From Macrostomum hystrix (taxonomy: Eukaryota > Animalia > Platyhelminthes), in assembly GCA_950097015.1 (NCBI GenBank), contig CATNEN010000030.1, positions 2,666,001-2,730,000 of the forward strand: a stretch of DNA of 64,000 bases, read 5' to 3'. A program made the position numbers and the translations under genes. Of the stretch, positions 60,642 to 64,000 are shown one piece after another (within the stretch, counting starts at the first letter, position 1; each line of letters starts with the position of its first letter). The notes under the pieces were generated by a model, which was given only the letters and a program-made list of their open reading frames with translations, was not told the DNA's origin and ran no database searches.

Positions 60642-61750
60642 GCCCGAATAGAGCAGAAAATCAGAACTGACTAATTGAAATTAGACAACAACGGTTCTTC
60701 TTCTTCTGCAGTTGCGCTCTCACTTTTTCTCTCTCTGGGCGTTTCTGTCCCTGCTCTAGCTTTGTGGCAAGAAATAGGCATTCGACTGTGCCAGTCGTAT
60801 ATGCTCAGGGTTGCACACCAAGTGAGTACTGGCTAGGTGGATTGGTATAGAACAACGTAGTGAGCCTTCCATTCTGAACTGGAGACAAAACAATCCAAGT
60901 ATTGCAAGCTCACGCTCTGTCGACTCAGCCTGCCCCGACCCACACCCTCCTCACCGCATGGCACTATTATAGGTGAGGGGGTGATTTACAATGCCGAAAC
61001 ACCCACCCACCCACCTGCAGCTGCTGTCGCTGCTAGGCCTCACCCGCACGCATGGAGCCAAGGCGGAGAGAGACTGAATCACTGCCGAGTGAGGCTTTTC
61101 ATGAAGCAAAGAAAGAGAATGAAAGAGAGGCCGCATGCCTTAGGCCAACGGCTCATTGTCTTCAGGGGAGCAGAAAATGCCTGAGTTAAAAATCATTTCA
61201 TCAACCCTCCTGTAGCTGAAGGCATTAGGCGGGTTGTTCAAATAGAACAAAAGATTTAGCTTTGAATCGTTAAACAGGAGAATTGCGCTAGTTAATGGCA
61301 TTTGTTTGTGCTATTCTGTGATTTAGTCTTTTGTTCGGGTCATGTTTGGTTTGGACAGATACAGATAACGAGTGAAGTGGCTCTACTTGGTTGGCTCTGG
61401 AATGCCCTCTCCTGACCCTTGAGATTATTCTGCAGCAGTGTACTTTGCATAGCTGCTGGAGTACAGTGCGACAGTACTGGGGTTTGAAGTTCAAATCGCT
61501 CATCGTTTCTCAGAGTAAAAAGCAGGAAAAATATGACGAAAATCAACAATGACTGCTTAAATGATCACTTTCATTCCAACTTAGTCGGTCATCTTTCAGT
61601 TTAATTTAGTGTATTTTACATAAAAACAATTTTTTTTAAGAAAATTTTGCTATTACAGTGCAGATGCAGAATAGTCATGCAACGTGCCTTTGCTTTTGAG
61701 GCCAATATAGAGAAATTCAATTATGTTTTTTATGACTTCGATTTGATGTA

Positions 61751-61966
61751 GACACACGCACACAGGTGTGTACATCTGCCCTGACTTTTTAATCGTCGTC
61801 AGGCAGTGTACACTCTCACTGTGCCTTGGAGGTTGGCCCTCAAGGGCGTGAATTGCACGACAAGCATCTAAAGCCTTCTCTCCGCGGCTGCGCCCCAAAT
61901 GAATGTGGCCTCGCCGTGGAATCGAGCTCAGGGACCTTGGTGCGAGAGACCGCTCTGCCACTCACC
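61751..61966 (-). mobile_element. SINE family B copy lacking the 3' tail
   Basis: Head (ggtgagtggcagagcggtc, gagctcgattcc on the minus strand) and body match family B. Confidence 0.85.
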
Positions 61967-63207
61967 TTCTGTAAGAAACTTAATTGGAGAAGCAATTCGT
62001 TGACGCAGTGTTGAACTGGATTGAAATTGTTGCCTTAAAAATTCAGCCTATCTTGTCTTTAATCTCATTGTAAAAATAGCCCACACGTCAGGCAGTGCTA
62101 AATATAACCTTGACTCCGATTGCGACAGGGCTGATAACATTTTCCGCATAATACGAGGTATAAGCATATCAAAAATAGTTTTGAGTCCACTGGACTCTAG
62201 GTACCAGGTCGGCAGTTGCACTTTTAGTTTCTTTTTTTTAGGTTTTGCCAGAAAAAATGCTGTGCTGCAATACCCAAAAAGGTGTATGCTGGACACGTAA
62301 TACGATAGAATCATATATTTTTGAGCTTGACTCAATCTAATGTCATTTCAGATTGCACAAATTCAATTCTGAGGATATATTTGCTGAGTCACAAGTGAAT
62401 TCCATTTTTAAGTCCGCAGATTACAAGTTGGAAAATATTTATTTACAGGAACAATTGAAAGCAACGCGCAGTGACATTGTGGCGCCCTGACCTGCCCTCG
62501 TGCGAGCATGCAGAGCGAGGGCCTGCTCAAAGCTCAATGCAGGATTTCATCCACAGGAAGCATTTTCCAGGCATTGAGTATTTGCGCAAAACAGTAGAGC
62601 AAACAAAGGAAACTAGGCTATAAGCAAAAGGATATCACAAGTATTTACAGGGTTTAATTAGCCGACAATTAGTTCTGTCTCAATAAACATTGCTTGTGTA
62701 GGGAATCTGAAAGCATTATGAGGAATGGAACGACACAAAAAAGCAGAAATTTACTTAAAAACTTACTTTATGAGGTAAATTAGAAATAACAAATTTTATA
62801 GAAATTTCTTTTGGTGAAGTTTAAAGAGAAGCTTCATCATGTCTTTACAATGACAATTCTATATAGGTGATTGAAGATTGCAAAAATGTTTGAAGTATAA
62901 AAAACGAAAACTATGACAACCTTTAATATTTAGGGTGCAGTGATGTTAACAAGCCAGCATGCACTAATGCACATCTTTAACCATTGCACGTCAGTCATAA
63001 GTAAAAATGAAGAGTATAAAATGCTATAGCGTTGGGTCAAATGTCGCTGGCCATCGATTAAAAAATGATATTTACATTTGTTAGTGGAGAACAATTGTGA
63101 CAAGATAGTACAAATGGAGGCGGAGTGAGAACAGACTAGCAAAGTATTGCATAAAGTATTCCCCAAACGATCATTGTCGGCTCCTTCGCAGTCATTTATT
63201 CGCTCAT

Positions 63208-64000
63208 TCAGCGCTCCTCCTGTTCATCGACGTCCTCAGCTACCGGATCCGGCGGCGGTCCGACAATGTCGGCGCCGGAGAGTCGCCGGTAGATGGAGGC
63301 GCTGAAGTCCATCAAGCTGCTGAGCCAAGACGATTCGGTGCTGGCAAAGTCCACGCTGCTGCGGCGTCTCCTGCTCTCGCTCAGGGTGTTCTGCGGAGGT
63401 CATTGAAGGCGAATTGGTTTCTTGACCGTTCAGAGCGAGACTAACATGAGACCATTTTGCTGTATCTCCCGAAATATTCAACCAATCGCCCTGGAAATCA
63501 AGAACTCGGGTTAAACTATTCCGCTCTATCCGATGAAACAACTTCTAGAATCTCAAAGCATCGGCCTCGTCGAGATGTTTAACGATTCTTGTCGTGGTGT
63601 CTGTGGCGAAAACCACCAATATAGGCCTAGTTTTTCTGCTGACAAAATTTCATCATTTAACCTTGTCGGCTTATATTGTATTGATTATACAGTTAGTTAT
63701 TATATTAGGACAGTTAGGACAACCAGATCGTAAGTATTCGAAATACCCCCGTGGTCCTTCCCCAAGGAGAAGGATAGGTCGGTCTTTCTACTGTTAAAGC
63801 ATTCCGGGATTCCTACACACCTTCCTGACTGGACTCCTGGTCTCATTGTAGTCGTCGCCGAACTGTTTCAGCAGAGAGCCAATCGACTGGTTCTGCTGCA
63901 CCGTCTGCAGCGACGGCACAGAGAAGCTGCGCTGCCTAGGATCTTGCAATGTCCGCCCATTCCGTCTGGCCAGTTGAATCGCCAACGGGGGCGGCTGCTG
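63208..64000 (-). CDS. 3' end of an unidentified gene (exons >64000-63821 and 63390-63208)
   Basis: QQPPPL...RSPVRK|NTLSESRRRRSSVDF...DVDEQEER*. Donor gtgtgt, acceptor ctccgcag, phase 0; AATAAA shortly after the stop. Confidence 0.55.
63552..63797. mobile_element. Family C repeat ending in TTTCTACTG-TTAA
   Basis: Aligns with 56370-56510 and ends with the same terminus as the 58073-58305 MITE. Confidence 0.68.

Noticed and set aside
63236-63541. 101-aa ORF from the track as the terminal exon
   Set aside because: A different frame starting at the acceptor at 63391 fits the upstream phase-0 donor and ends near AATAAA, so I preferred it; this remains unverified.

Overview
Eukaryotic (metazoan) genomic DNA with GC-rich exons, short GT-AG introns, AT-rich intergenic DNA and about 25 unrelated minisatellite arrays covering roughly a quarter of the window. 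This architecture suggests the flatworm Macrostomum lignano or a relative (inference). Gene models built by hand from splice sites and protein motifs: 3' end of uridine phosphorylase (+), a synaptotagmin-like gene (-), COQ3 (-), DXO/Rai1 (-), NEURL2 (-), RSPH4/6 (+), two tandem paralogs encoding secreted, probably GPI-anchored rapunzel/SE-cephalotoxin-like proteins (-), SEC24A/B-like (-), NF-YB (+), a two-RRM protein (+) and two poorly characterised minus-strand genes at the right end. Mobile DNA: an internally deleted RTE-like LINE, a CORE-type tRNA-SINE family, a second tRNA-SINE family (8 copies or fragments), and several non-autonomous TIR elements, including a 30-bp micro-element with an 8-bp target-site duplication (TSD) and a TTAA-flanked family. 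Most interesting leads: (1) NF-YB has no in-frame ATG, and it and possibly DXO have phase-0 splice acceptors that would be completed by the AUG ending the flatworm spliced leader (SL), within candidate operons; (2) the tandem toxin-like, GPI-tailed gene pair with an apparent gene-conversion tract. All homologies are from recalled motifs, not database searches, and repeat boundaries are approximate.
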